NCBI GenBank assembly: GCA_036918135.1
Contig: JBALDB010000038.1
Coordinates: 96,001 to 160,000 of the forward strand
DNA from: Nostoc sp.
Lineage (GTDB): Bacteria; Cyanobacteriota; Cyanobacteriia; Cyanobacteriales; Nostocaceae
Length of the DNA: 64,000 nucleotides
Direction: 5' to 3'
Shown here: one piece after another, positions 39,039 through 49,361 of the stretch
How positions within the stretch are numbered: position 1 is the first letter of the stretch
Layout: each line of letters begins with the position of its first letter
The notes under the pieces: model-generated
Seen by the model: only the letters and a program-made list of their open reading frames with translations
Databases searched by the model: none
What the model was told of the DNA's origin: nothing
Program-made: the position numbers and the translations under genes

Positions 39039-40019
39039 ATGACTCGGCAGTCACACAATCTTCGTCCTTATTGCCAAACATTTGATGCTTGGGTAGCATC
39101 CGGCTATCAAGATCAGTCACGTTTATTACGGGGGCAAGCATTGCAAGAGGTTTTAGACTGGGCACAGGGCAAAAGCTTAAGCAATTTGGACTATCAGTTT
39201 TTGCTAGCCAGCCAAGAACTAGAGCATCGCCAACTTCAGCAAAAACTAGAAGCCGCTAATGATGAATTGCAACGATTATTTACTATAGCTACTATCGATT
39301 GTTTAACTCAAGTAGCTAACCGCCGACGATTTGATGAGTATCTTGATACTGAGTGGCGGCGCATGGCACGCTCACAACAGTTCCTCTCCCTTATCCTTAT
39401 TGATGTAGATTTCTTCAAATCCTACAACGACACCTATGGTCATCCAATGGGCGATCGCACTCTTGCAAAAATTGCTACAGCCATCAAAGATGTTGTTCAA
39501 CGTCCTACTGATTTAGTTGCCCGTTATGGTGGGGAAGAATTTGCTGTAATTTTGTCTAACACAGATACACTTGGTGCAATTCACATTGCCCAAAAAATTT
39601 GCTTTGCTGTGTGGAAACTGGCAATTCCTCATCAAAATTCACAAGTTAGTTGTTATGTAACCGTGAGTGCTGGGTTAGCGACTGTAATTCCTATGTTTAA
39701 CTCTAGCTTTCAAGAAATAATTGTGGCGGCGGATAAAGCATTGTATCAAGCAAAAAAAGCAGGACGTGCTTGCTTTATATACAGTCAAGAGCAAACTGAA
39801 AATTTAGAAGTAAAGGAGATTGCTTCTCTAGCAAAGCTGTACATCTGCGAGCGCTCGTTGTTTAGAGAGGAATTATCGCTATCTAAACAGAAATTACAGC
39901 AGACTAAGAACAAAAGCCAACAGCTGATCGCCCAAGTCCGACAGCTGATGCAGATAAACCGACAAATTAGACACCAAAGCCAGCAGATTAGGGAGAAAAC
40001 CCCACAGATGATAGGGTAA
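39039..40019 (+). CDS. Diguanylate cyclase (GGEEF, RxxD I-site)
   Basis: DCLTQVANRR, DVDFFKSYNDTYGH, RPTDLVARYGGEEF and ADKALYQAK. Confidence 0.9.
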   Translation: MTRQSHNLRPYCQTFDAWVASGYQDQSRLLRGQALQEVLDWAQGKSLSNLDYQFLLASQELEHRQLQQKLEAANDELQRLFTIATIDCLTQVANRRRFDEYLDTEWRRMARSQQFLSLILIDVDFFKSYNDTYGHPMGDRTLAKIATAIKDVVQRPTDLVARYGGEEFAVILSNTDTLGAIHIAQKICFAVWKLAIPHQNSQVSCYVTVSAGLATVIPMFNSSFQEIIVAADKALYQAKKAGRACFIYSQEQTENLEVKEIASLAKLYICERSLFREELSLSKQKLQQTKNKSQQLIAQVRQLMQINRQIRHQSQQIREKTPQMIG

Positions 40020-40124
40020 CAAGCAGACTAGAAAGCAAACTCAATGAAAGTCATAGCACGTAGACTTTTGTGATATCTCCTATACTGACTGCAAGCAGTA
40101 CAGTGTGTAAACTTCTCACTGACT

Positions 40125-40470
40125 CCTGGTATCCCGTCAGACATTAACTGAACTTTAAGAACGCGATGCCCTAGCGCTCTATTTTTTATATTTATCGCTG
40201 TCAGTTATCAACAACTAATGACCAATACTTCGGCTTCGCTCTTCTCTTTCAGATACGCTTGCGCGTAGCTTGCTTAGGAGCAGGGGTGCGGCTACGCCCC
40301 GGTATCCCATCAGACATTAACTGAACTTTAAGAACGCGATGCCCCAGCGCTCTATTTTTTATATTTATCGCTGTCAGTTATCAACAACTAATGCCCAATA
40401 CTTCGGCTTCGCCCTTCTCTTTCAGAGACACTTGCGCGTGGCTTGCTTAAGAGCAGGGGTACGGCTACGC
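40125..40470. repeat. 173-bp tandem duplication, each copy carrying a composite SDR element
   Basis: 40125-40297 and 40298-40470 align ungapped (ggtatccc at 40128 and 40301) with scattered substitutions. Confidence 0.92.
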
Positions 40471-40501
40471 TCTCCCAAGGCTCAGTACAAGTAACCAATG
40501 A

Positions 40502-41404
40502 CTAATGACCAACAACCAATACTAAACCCTCATGGGCTAGTAATGCTTCTGGAAAAGCAGATTTCACATCGGTTTGAACTTGGTCAAGAAAATCATCATG
40601 GTCATCGGGGTGGTGGTGAGAAATGACTAACCGTCGCACGCCAGCACTAAGAGCTACATTCACTGCAACTTGCCAAAGGGAATCAGCACAGTCATGGTTG
40701 TGAGATGTTGGAGGAGTGTAAGTGGCATTGGCAATCAATAAGTCAACACCTTGAACGAACTTTAAAATCCGCTCTCGCTCTGCTTGCTCTGCATTTTGGT
40801 GCAAATCAGTGACGTAGGCAACACTATATTCCTGCCAATTAACTCGGTAGCCCGCTGACCGCTGAGTTTGATTGATTAATGCAGTTGTAATAATTACATT
40901 ATCTACCTTCACGTCACTATCTGGAGTCAGATTATAAAACTGTAATTCTGACTGCATTACCTGTAAAGGATAAGGAAAGTGTGGCTGGAGCATCTGATCG
41001 TACAGACATTGTTTGATTGAGGCTCCATTTGAGGCAGCTGTACCGTAAATATGGAAGCAATTTTCGGGAACAAATGCGGGGGCAAAAAAGGGAAACCCTT
41101 GAATACGGTTAGATTGGGAATTAGTAAAAAATAAATGGGCTTCTAGTGACTTTTGCAGCTCTTGCCAAGTTTTACCTAGTATACGTAAGCCAGTACCGCC
41201 ATCAAAAATCAGGCGTTTCCCGGCTACATGCATTTCTACACAAGCGGTATTACCGCCATAACGGCTGGTGTTATTGCTGGGAGTGGGAATTAAACCCCTT
41301 ACACCCCAAAATTGCACTCTTAACTGACCTGCTGGACTACTGGGCAGGCTTGTTGACTTTTCAGGTATATAGCTCTGGGAACCCGACAACTCAAAGTTTG
41401 ACAT
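40502..41404 (-). CDS. MBL-fold protein with degenerate metal-binding motif
   Basis: FWGVRG..P, YGGNTACVE and FDGGTGLR; TNSQSNRIQGFPFF stands where THxHxDH is expected. Confidence 0.85.
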   Translation of the reverse strand: MSNFELSGSQSYIPEKSTSLPSSPAGQLRVQFWGVRGLIPTPSNNTSRYGGNTACVEMHVAGKRLIFDGGTGLRILGKTWQELQKSLEAHLFFTNSQSNRIQGFPFFAPAFVPENCFHIYGTAASNGASIKQCLYDQMLQPHFPYPLQVMQSELQFYNLTPDSDVKVDNVIITTALINQTQRSAGYRVNWQEYSVAYVTDLHQNAEQAERERILKFVQGVDLLIANATYTPPTSHNHDCADSLWQVAVNVALSAGVRRLVISHHHPDDHDDFLDQVQTDVKSAFPEALLAHEGLVLVVGH

Positions 41405-41415
41405 TTTCTTTGAAA

Positions 41416-41799
41416 TTAGACCTTAGCGAGCAGGTCATCGTAGCGCCGCATTTCTAACAGCCTATTTTTTTCGTCCACAATGACTACCGTAGGAGAGTAA
41501 CTTTTTAACTCTTCTGGAGTGAACTGCCCGTAAGTCATTATAATCAAGCGATCGCCAATAATGCCTAGACGTGCCGCAGCCCCATTTAGCTCAATGACTC
41601 CTGAATGGGCTGGAGCTGGGATTGCATAAGTAATAAAGCGCTGGCCATTAGCACTATTCACTACTTGCACTTGCTCATAGGGTAAGATGCCAGCTTTTTC
41701 CAGCAGGACTCTATCGATACTGATACTACCCACATAGTTGATATTCGCCCCAGTAAGGGTGCAGTTGTGAATTTTTGCCAAAAGGAGAGTACGCTGCAT
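41416..41799 (-). CDS. panD: Aspartate 1-decarboxylase
   Basis: [15 protein letters not shown] self-cleavage site, NGQRFITY and LNGAAAR. Confidence 0.95.
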   Translation of the reverse strand: MQRTLLLAKIHNCTLTGANINYVGSISIDRVLLEKAGILPYEQVQVVNSANGQRFITYAIPAPAHSGVIELNGAAARLGIIGDRLIIMTYGQFTPEELKSYSPTVVIVDEKNRLLEMRRYDDLLAKV

Positions 41800-41990
41800 T
41801 TTGGTTTGGGGTTAGTGGCAGTTTTTGAAGCCGTAACAAGCGAAAGTTATCAAAGATAAAAAGTTAGGAGTTAGGGTTAACTTCATCCCACCTCTAAAAA
41901 AGATGGGATTTCACGTTAATTGTTGAGTGATGAGTGTTAACCGTCAACAGTCACCAGTTCAAAAAGCAACTCTTAACTTTAACTCTTCTA

Positions 41991-42503
41991 TTATGCTTTA
42001 TAAGCTTTGACGGATTTTTCTACTAAAGCTGCAACCTTATATGCATCTTGCCAACCGAGAATTTCAGTCACCTTTTTTTCCAAATTTTTATAACTACGGA
42101 AAAATTCAGCAATTTCATCCAAACGGTGTGGTGCTACATCATTGAGGGATTTGACTTGAGCGTAGCGCGGATCTTTGTCTGGAACACAAAGAATTTTTTC
42201 ATCGCGATCGCCCCCGTCAATCATTTCCAAAAAGCCGATGGGCCGTGCGGCAATAATACAGCCTGGAAAGGTTGGCTCATCAATTATCACCATCCCATCT
42301 AGGGGATCGCCATCATCAGCCAGAGTATTGGGTACAAAGCCGTAGTCATAAGGATATTTTACCGACGAATAAAGTACTCGGTCTAGAGCAAAAGCTTCTA
42401 ATTCCTTGTCATATTCGTATTTATTTTTACTTCCACCAGTAATTTCAACTAAAACGTTGATTAAACCTGGTTTTGGTTGGGCAGGAATACGAGATAAGTC
42501 CAC
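41991..42503 (-). CDS. ppa: Inorganic pyrophosphatase
   Basis: [29 protein letters not shown] and FFRSYKNLE. Confidence 0.96.
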   Translation of the reverse strand: MDLSRIPAQPKPGLINVLVEITGGSKNKYEYDKELEAFALDRVLYSSVKYPYDYGFVPNTLADDGDPLDGMVIIDEPTFPGCIIAARPIGFLEMIDGGDRDEKILCVPDKDPRYAQVKSLNDVAPHRLDEIAEFFRSYKNLEKKVTEILGWQDAYKVAALVEKSVKAYKA

Positions 42504-42602
42504 AAAAAACTCCTCTGCTAACAGTGAATCACGGGGGCACTCAGCTTCGCTCCCCGTGTAGAATTTTAGGGCAATATGGATCTCTTCCCAAGAGGTTGGG
42601 AG

Positions 42603-42731
42603 TATTCTGACTTTTCACAGGAAGTCCTAAAACCTCTGTTAAGAGAGGGTGTAGGGAAAAGAAGAAAGCCTTACGAACCTGCAACCCCACACCTTCGCTC
42701 ATGAGTCCACATAACGTGAAAAGTCAGGGTG
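42603..42731. mobile_element. MITE-like element
   Basis: Perfect 12-bp inverted repeats CTGACTTTTCAC (42607-42618) and GTGAAAAGTCAG (42716-42727). Confidence 0.6.
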
Positions 42732-42789
42732 AGTTTTGACTGTGCGGAAATCGAGCGAAGTCGAGATTCAACTACCGTCAAGTAGAACT
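42729..42789. repeat. Dispersed ~60-bp repeat, second copy at 53342-53400
   Basis: gtgagttttgactgtgcggaaatcgagcgaagtcgagattcaactaccgtcaagt versus gtgagcttcgactacgcggaaatcgagtgaagtcgagattcaactaccgccaagt. Confidence 0.85.
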
Positions 42790-42826
42790 ACATGTCCCTC
42801 TCTTACCCTGAATTTGCCAAACAATG

Positions 42827-42862
42827 GAAAAAGCGTTGCGAGGAACTTCGCAACGCTTTTTC
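42827..42862. terminator. Strong bidirectional-type intrinsic terminator
   Basis: GAAAAAGCGTTGCGA-GGAACT-TCGCAACGCTTTTTC. Confidence 0.85.
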
Positions 42863-42966
42863 TAAAAGGGTGATATGCATCTGCGCTCTAGAACGCTTGG
42901 ACAAAGCGAGCCAAAGTTAAAGGGTGTTTAACATTGCTCGCATTGGTTGGTGCTGCATCGTGTTTG

Positions 42967-43155
42967 TCAATCTTGACTTTCTCGTAGGTTTTGGATTGCG
43001 GGTTGCTGGTTATTTTGAACGTTACTCGAAGAATAGTGAGCGATGACAAATACGGGTAAGGTAAGAGTCAACAGAGCGATCGCAGTTCCCACAATGTCTG
43101 CCAAGCGGTGTGAGTATGTATCGGCAGAATTGGCAGACGGGCTATTTGAATTCAT
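42967..43155 (-). CDS. Small single-pass membrane protein (62 aa)
   Basis: ATG start, one hydrophobic helix (IVGTAIALLTLTLPVFVIAHYS), followed by a terminator. Confidence 0.7.
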   Translation of the reverse strand: MNSNSPSANSADTYSHRLADIVGTAIALLTLTLPVFVIAHYSSSNVQNNQQPAIQNLRESQD

Positions 43156-43541
43156 ACAATATTGAAGTTATTCGGATCGTTGTATAGGTCTACTCTCAAA
43201 AGAGAGTTTTGATGTTATTTTAGCTAGTTTTAAACTGTAAGATGTGTAGCATTCAAATATCTAAACCAGTTTGATAACTGTCATAGTAGGGTTTTTATAC
43301 ATCAAATTCTTAATCCAAAATTAAAACCAAATATATTATGTTGATTTTGGTAATTAATCTTTTCAAATTATTACTTCTATCGTCTAATTAATTAGATATA
43401 GACAGTTTTTATTACCAGTATTATAGACGATATTTTTTCGTTGCTCAAAGATTAATTAACAAAATGTATTTATTAGATACTTTGTAATTATAACACCATC
43501 CAACGCTTTTGATACTGTCATATTGATGCAAATGACAATTT

Positions 43542-43555
43542 GTAATGTAGAATAC
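43542..43555. promoter_or_regulatory. Possible NtcA site GTA-N8-TAC
   Basis: tGTAatgtagaaTACa in the long AT-rich region upstream of the 62-aa gene; no canonically spaced -10 found. Confidence 0.3.
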
Positions 43556-43814
43556 AAAACAGCCAAAATAGTAATATATTTTAGTGGTTTTCGCTTGTTA
43601 TATAGTAGTTACACATAAAAATATTTGACAACAGAGAAAAAACGGTAACAAATTATTTTTCTTATTACTCATAAATTCCCGAATAAATACAGATATATCA
43701 TCTGCCTTACCTAAAATAGCTTCAGTAATATTACTAAATTAATATTTCCTAAATTCAATTCTCAAATAAATGTAAGGTAATAGTAAATTTGTCAATCTAT
43801 ATATAGGTAGAAAT

Positions 43815-43863
43815 AAAAAAAAGCTTTGAAAGTTAGTGTTGAGAGTGAACTTTCAAAGCTTTT
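43815..43863 (-). terminator. Intrinsic terminator downstream of the ABC ATPase gene
   Basis: 16-bp stem AAAAGCTTTGAAAGTT / AACTTTCAAAGCTTTT with an A-run on the left (U-tract on the minus strand). Confidence 0.7.
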
Positions 43864-43897
43864 GGCTTAAGAAGATGTTTGTAAAACTTTAATAATT

Positions 43898-43976
43898 TAT
43901 AGCCGTAGTCACACCCTTTAGGACATAATGACAAGTGTGAATGCTAGCAACAGCAATAGTTTTACCTCCTGCTATA
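43898..43976. mobile_element. MITE-like dispersed element (copy of 19022-19122)
   Basis: tatagccgtagtcacaccctttaggacataatgacaagtgtgaatgctag...tacctcctgctata. Confidence 0.7.
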
Positions 43977-44026
43977 TCTATGCACCCATTAGCATCAAAG
44001 GCGTTGCTCTAAGTATGATTGACCTT

Positions 44027-45910
44027 TTATGACGCCCTGAGTTGGCGATTTCGCACGCGTTCGGGACTACCAGTGGGAATTGCAGCAATTAATTTTTGTG
44101 TGTATTCCTCTTTGGGTTCCTGGTAGATGCTTTCGGCTGTACCTTCTTCGACTATTTGTCCGCGATTCATGACTAAAATGCGATCGCTCATGAATTTGAC
44201 TACACTTAGATCGTGAGAAATAAAAATATAAGTCAGTTGAAAGTCTTGTTGCAATTCTTTGAGGAGATTTAATACTTGCGCTTGTACCGACACATCCAGG
44301 GCTGAAACTGATTCATCGCAAATAATAAATTTGGGATTTAATGCCAAAGAACGCGCTATACAAATCCGCTGGCGTTGACCGCCAGAAAACTGATGGGGAT
44401 AGCGGTTCATTGCATCTGCATTCAAACCTACCCGTTCTAAAAGTTCGGCTACGCGTTCGCGTCGTTGTTGTTTTGTTTTACCAACGGAGTGAATTAACAA
44501 CGGTTCCATCACTGCATCCCCAACCTTCATCCGTGGGTCAAGGGAACTAAAAGGATTTTGGAAGACTATTTGCATTTCCCGCCGCAGTTTTTGCAACGGT
44601 TCTCCTTTGAGGCTAGTAATATCTTGTTTTTCAAAGATAATCTGACCACTCATCGGTTCAATTAATCGCAGCAAAGTTCTACCAAGGGTAGTTTTGCCAC
44701 AACCAGATTCTCCCACTAATCCCACCGTTTCCCCTGGTTTGACATCAAAGGAAACGCCGTTAACCGCCATAGTGTAGCGTTTTGTACCACCAAATACCCC
44801 CCGGACTGGAAAACCAACTTTTAAATTGTGGATTTCCAGCAGAGGTTGCTTCTGGTGTAAGTTTGCTAATCTCGTAGCAATCTCTTGGCTGGTAACTTGT
44901 ACGGGTTGTAGAGGTTCTTTCGCCTGAATTACTACTTGTCCGGTTGCTGTTTCTTCCGCACTCATGTAATCGGAAACGGTGAGTAATTTTTGGGGATGGC
45001 TCTCAAGTGTGGGACGACAGGCTATCAAACCTTTAGTATATGGATGGTGGGGATTGCTGAAAATTTGCTCACAAACACCAGATTCGACAACTTTGCCTTT
45101 ATACATTACCGCTACTTGGTCAGAAATTTCAGAAATTAACCCTAAGTCGTGGGTGATGAAAATCATTGCCATTTCACGGCTTTGCTGCAATTCTCGCAAC
45201 AACTCCAAGATAGTTGCTTGCACTGTTACATCCAAAGCTGTGGTTGGTTCATCGGCAATTAATATTAATGGATTACAGGAAATTGCCATTGCAATCATTA
45301 CCCGTTGCAACTGACCCCCAGAAAGTTGATGCGGGTAGCGTTCCAGCATCGCTTCTTTGTGTTCCCTCACCAACTGTGCCAACTTTGGTGTATTTGGTTT
45401 AGATGAATTGTTGTTGGTTTGATGCGAATCGATATACTGTTGCTGGATCTCTTCATCGCTAGGTAAAAGTTTAACCTCTTGCAGACCTGCGATCGCAATT
45501 TGTTTTGCTTCGGCGGCTGAGACATTTTGATGCCGCATAATTGCTTCTGCGAGCTGAAACCCAATGTTATAAACTGGATTGAGCGAACTCATCGGTTCTT
45601 GAAAAATCATGGCAATGTCGCCACCACGGTGTAGCTGCATTTCCTGAGGAAGCAATTTTACCAAATCGATGGGGTTGGCGTTCTCTTGAGGACGAAACCA
45701 GATTTCACCGTTACTAATTATACCGGGAGTTTGCAACAAACCCATCACAGCTAGGGCTGTCACTGATTTACCACTCCCCGATTCTCCTACTATTCCTAGA
45801 GTCTCACCTCGACGCAATTCAAAGGAAATACCATCTAAAGCTTTGACGATATTGCCATCACCGGGAAATTCAACTTGTAGATTGCGAACCTCTAGGACAG
45901 TTTCTCTCAT
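44027..45910 (-). CDS. Peptide/nickel-type ABC transporter ATP-binding protein (two fused NBDs)
   Basis: GESGSGKS and GESGCGKT Walker A motifs; LSGGQLQR and [16 protein letters not shown] and DESVSALD. Confidence 0.95.
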   Translation of the reverse strand: MRETVLEVRNLQVEFPGDGNIVKALDGISFELRRGETLGIVGESGSGKSVTALAVMGLLQTPGIISNGEIWFRPQENANPIDLVKLLPQEMQLHRGGDIAMIFQEPMSSLNPVYNIGFQLAEAIMRHQNVSAAEAKQIAIAGLQEVKLLPSDEEIQQQYIDSHQTNNNSSKPNTPKLAQLVREHKEAMLERYPHQLSGGQLQRVMIAMAISCNPLILIADEPTTALDVTVQATILELLRELQQSREMAMIFITHDLGLISEISDQVAVMYKGKVVESGVCEQIFSNPHHPYTKGLIACRPTLESHPQKLLTVSDYMSAEETATGQVVIQAKEPLQPVQVTSQEIATRLANLHQKQPLLEIHNLKVGFPVRGVFGGTKRYTMAVNGVSFDVKPGETVGLVGESGCGKTTLGRTLLRLIEPMSGQIIFEKQDITSLKGEPLQKLRREMQIVFQNPFSSLDPRMKVGDAVMEPLLIHSVGKTKQQRRERVAELLERVGLNADAMNRYPHQFSGGQRQRICIARSLALNPKFIICDESVSALDVSVQAQVLNLLKELQQDFQLTYIFISHDLSVVKFMSDRILVMNRGQIVEEGTAESIYQEPKEEYTQKLIAAIPTGSPERVRNRQLRAS

Positions 45911-46034
45911 AGGAGTTGGGTATGAATCTTAACTGAAAATTATTTGGATTTTAACAAGAGTTTTGATGTATGTGTCGATAAATTTGATTTTTACACTCCT
46001 TGACGGTTTTTCACTGCTTAGACCTCAACCACAA

Positions 46035-46330
46035 TTTTTAATGTTTTGAGAACTAGTTGCCTCATCCATCAAGATAATTTTCGGCTGATTGAGTTGCATT
46101 AGCTTTCCTCACAGCTATTTGTGCTGCCAAATCTGCTATTGTAATTTGAAACAATTCTGTTGTCTCGATTGCTACTGCTAAAAAAGATTTTGGATTATCA
46201 GGTGCTGTACCAAACAATGCCTCAAGAGCGTCCATATTGAACAGATAGCGGTGATGTCTCTTAACTTCCCGCTTTGAGCGATTGCCTACAGGTTACTCAT
46301 CCTTGACTTCGGTCGCAAACAATGATTAAA
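46035..46330 (-). pseudogene. Collapsed remnant of an ABC exporter (NHLP/NHLM bacteriocin-exporter-like)
   Basis: Manual translation gives SLFATEVKDE*PVGNR..RYLFNMDALEALFGTAP...LAVAIETTEL, joined out of frame to a Walker-B fragment QPKIILMDEATS. Confidence 0.45.
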
Positions 46331-46406
46331 GCTCAGATTTAATTCTTTTGAGGCGATACAAGACTTCCATATTGAGACAAGGTATTTTCTATAACCATTG
46401 CTGCGT

Positions 46407-48155
46407 ATGAACTCAAAGATTCGAGAACAAGCACAAGAAATATTCAATAAAATTCCGGATATTTTTCTCTTTTATTTGTTGCAAGTAGCAGCGAAAAGAA
46501 GCCTGAAAAGTTTGCAAAAAGACACTGTTAATGCTGTCTCTGTCCAACAAAAGCTTCTTAGAAATATTCTCAAACTTCAAAAGGATACAAAATACGGTAA
46601 GAAGTATAACTTTGCGGCTATAGATTCGGTTGCAGAATTTCAAAGGATACATCCTCTTACGACTTATGAAGATTACCGCGAAGTTATTGAAGATATTGCT
46701 AAGAGTGGAAATTTCTCTCAACTGGTAGCAGAGCCAATTATTCTTTTTCAAGAAACGTCGGGGACAACGGGCAAATCTAAACTTATACCCAGAACAAAAC
46801 GCTTACTATCAACTTCACAAAAATCTTTTCAGGCTATAAACGCGATCGCACGCTCTTACTATCTCAATGGTAAAGCATACGCAAAAAACAGTCGTGGTTT
46901 GGCTTTGGCTAGTACACAACCACTTATATCTACACCTAGCGGTATTCCTAGAGGTTCAGGATCTAGCGGAGGAATTAGACAATCTAAGTCATTTCAAAAA
47001 ATAGTCAGTCTCAATTTTTCTAGCCCTACTAGCATATTCTTGATTCCCGATTATAGGAGCGCTTATTATTGCCATATGCTTTTTGCTCTCTTAGAGCCAA
47101 AGCTTACTTATATTACGGCAAATTTTGCCTCCAATGTTTTGGATGCTCTACAAATATTAGAACGAGAGTGGTCACAAATGGTAAATGATATTTACCACGG
47201 TCAAATTAATTCCAACTTAGAACTGGATACAGCTACAAGAAATGAGCTACAAAATAGGCTCAGACCTAGTCCAGAAAAAAGTAACACATTCCGAACTGAA
47301 TTTGAAAAGGGATTTGAGGGTATTATACCCAGAATATGGCCGCAGTTGTCTAACATACAATGTATCATAACTGGGTCGCTGCAACTCTATAAAGAAAGTT
47401 TGAAATTTTATGCTGGTGAAATACCAATTTACTCACATGGTTATGGTGCTTCTGAAGCTTGGATCGGGTGTAACCTAGAGCCACAAAAAGATTTTCCTGC
47501 TTACGTAATTACTCCTCATTCGGCGTTTTTTGAGTTTATACCTATTTCCCAAATTGATGCAGAAAAACCCACTACAGTTGACTTGACTTCTCTAGATGTA
47601 GGTGAAAGTTATGAAATAGTTGTGACAACAGTAGCTGGACTTTACAGGTACAGGATGGGAGATATCGTTAAATGTGTGGGCTACTATAACCAAAGTCCCA
47701 TGATTGAATTTTTGTATCGCCAAGGTTCTCTGCTAATTATTAGAGGAGTGAGAATTTCTGAAAATGAAATTTTTGCTGCCATTACTGAAGCTAGCGAAAT
47801 TTTGGGAGAAGACTGCAAAATAATAGACTATACAACCAGCATTGATGTTTCATCATTTCCGGTGAAGTACAATATTTACCTAGAGGTTTCAAAAATATTT
47901 ACAACTCTTCCTGATTTAACATCATTTCGAGATAAATTTGAACAGGTTATTTATGATTTAAATGTGCTTTATCTGAATACGAGGAAAGCGAATATTATTG
48001 GCGCACCTGAAATTAAACTTCTTAAAAGAGACAGTTTCAAAATGCTTAAAAACCAAATTATTTCTCAAGGTACTTCAGAGGCACAGTTCAAAATGCCACG
48101 GTTGCTAAAAAATGTAGAGCAGGTCAACTTTATAGAAAGCAAATCTCTTAATTAA
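46407..48155 (+). CDS. GH3-family acyl-acid amido synthetase
   Basis: TSGTTGKSKLIP, YGASEAWIG, FFEFIP, GLYRYRMGDIV and QFKMPR. Confidence 0.92.
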   Translation: MNSKIREQAQEIFNKIPDIFLFYLLQVAAKRSLKSLQKDTVNAVSVQQKLLRNILKLQKDTKYGKKYNFAAIDSVAEFQRIHPLTTYEDYREVIEDIAKSGNFSQLVAEPIILFQETSGTTGKSKLIPRTKRLLSTSQKSFQAINAIARSYYLNGKAYAKNSRGLALASTQPLISTPSGIPRGSGSSGGIRQSKSFQKIVSLNFSSPTSIFLIPDYRSAYYCHMLFALLEPKLTYITANFASNVLDALQILEREWSQMVNDIYHGQINSNLELDTATRNELQNRLRPSPEKSNTFRTEFEKGFEGIIPRIWPQLSNIQCIITGSLQLYKESLKFYAGEIPIYSHGYGASEAWIGCNLEPQKDFPAYVITPHSAFFEFIPISQIDAEKPTTVDLTSLDVGESYEIVVTTVAGLYRYRMGDIVKCVGYYNQSPMIEFLYRQGSLLIIRGVRISENEIFAAITEASEILGEDCKIIDYTTSIDVSSFPVKYNIYLEVSKIFTTLPDLTSFRDKFEQVIYDLNVLYLNTRKANIIGAPEIKLLKRDSFKMLKNQIISQGTSEAQFKMPRLLKNVEQVNFIESKSLN

Positions 48156-48381
48156 CAATCAATAACAATGCATCGCTAGGGTGATAGTGCTCATAACAAC
48201 CCAGATATGTATGGAGAATTGGTGAGTAAGAGTAGGTAAATGTCTCCCAACAAAATGCAAAGCGTAAACGCAAACAAAAGAATAGCACATCCTAAAGGAT
48301 GGCTACTTGTAGAAATTGTCTAATCGCAATCCTTTTTGCTAATCATACTTAGCAAATTGAATATACGCTCAATTACCAACT

Positions 48382-48951
48382 TTAGAAGGGAATATCATCT
48401 GGATCTGGTTCTTCCTCTTTCACTGCTGGATAAGTGGTTCGCTCGTAATTTGTGGGTTGGGGGATGGGTTCATAATTTGTTGCTGGGGGAGTAACGCCAA
48501 CAGGACTTTTAGTTGGGGTAGGTGCTGGACGTTGTGACTCGTAAGTGGAAAAATCTGTCTCTGGCTGACGAGATGCAGATGGTTGTCGTGGGGGAGTTTC
48601 GCTAAATGATGGAGTTACGGTTGACGAGAAGGATGTAGTATTAAAACTACCTCCAACAGATTGGATTTGTTGTACTGTTAATTCAGCGCGTTTTTCTTTA
48701 AAACCTTCTTGACGGTCAACAGTATTCATACTTAAACGTCCTACCAGGATAACGCGATCGCCTTGGTGATAGTTTTGCTGAATTTCTGTTGCTAAATTCC
48801 CCCAACCGACAACTTTCAGGGTGGCTGGCGGATCTTCTGGTTTCTGGGAATTGGGAAACTGCACCAACATTTCTGTGACTCCCAGATTATCTGCTGTGTA
48901 GCGTAGTTGCGGTTCGTTAATAATTTCTGCCATTAAAACGCAGCTGTTCAT
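48382..48951 (-). CDS. ssb: Single-stranded DNA-binding protein (cyanobacterial SSB-like)
   Basis: OB fold (EPQLRYT, VVGWGNLA, GDRVILVGRL), Pro-rich linker and acidic DDIPF tail. Confidence 0.85.
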   Translation of the reverse strand: MNSCVLMAEIINEPQLRYTADNLGVTEMLVQFPNSQKPEDPPATLKVVGWGNLATEIQQNYHQGDRVILVGRLSMNTVDRQEGFKEKRAELTVQQIQSVGGSFNTTSFSSTVTPSFSETPPRQPSASRQPETDFSTYESQRPAPTPTKSPVGVTPPATNYEPIPQPTNYERTTYPAVKEEEPDPDDIPF

Positions 48952-49361
48952 TAAAATTACTCCTGAGTGCAAAAACTGCTGATTGAAAAAGAGGGGGTTT
49001 TCTTTATAGTGCCAATTAATATCTAGATATATTTGAAGAAGAATTCAAAATTAGTTTTGGTGGGAAACTGGAACTGACCACCTAGAAGCACCACAAAATT
49101 TAAAATTTACTATCATGTTTCACCATTTATTCATCCACCAAGAGTTACAAATTCAATTAAAGAATTCTAACTTTTAAATTCTGAATTCTTGCACTCTTAG
49201 CTTTTAGTCATTTTTAGCATAAAAGCCAAGCGATCGCTTTGAACAGCATTAAATATACTGCTCGCCACCCCCGCCTGACTAAGAATGAGCATTGAATTCT
49301 GCATTTGAGTAGTATAATTGTACCATAAAGTACTGAAATATCAAAACTTCAAGAGCAAAAA

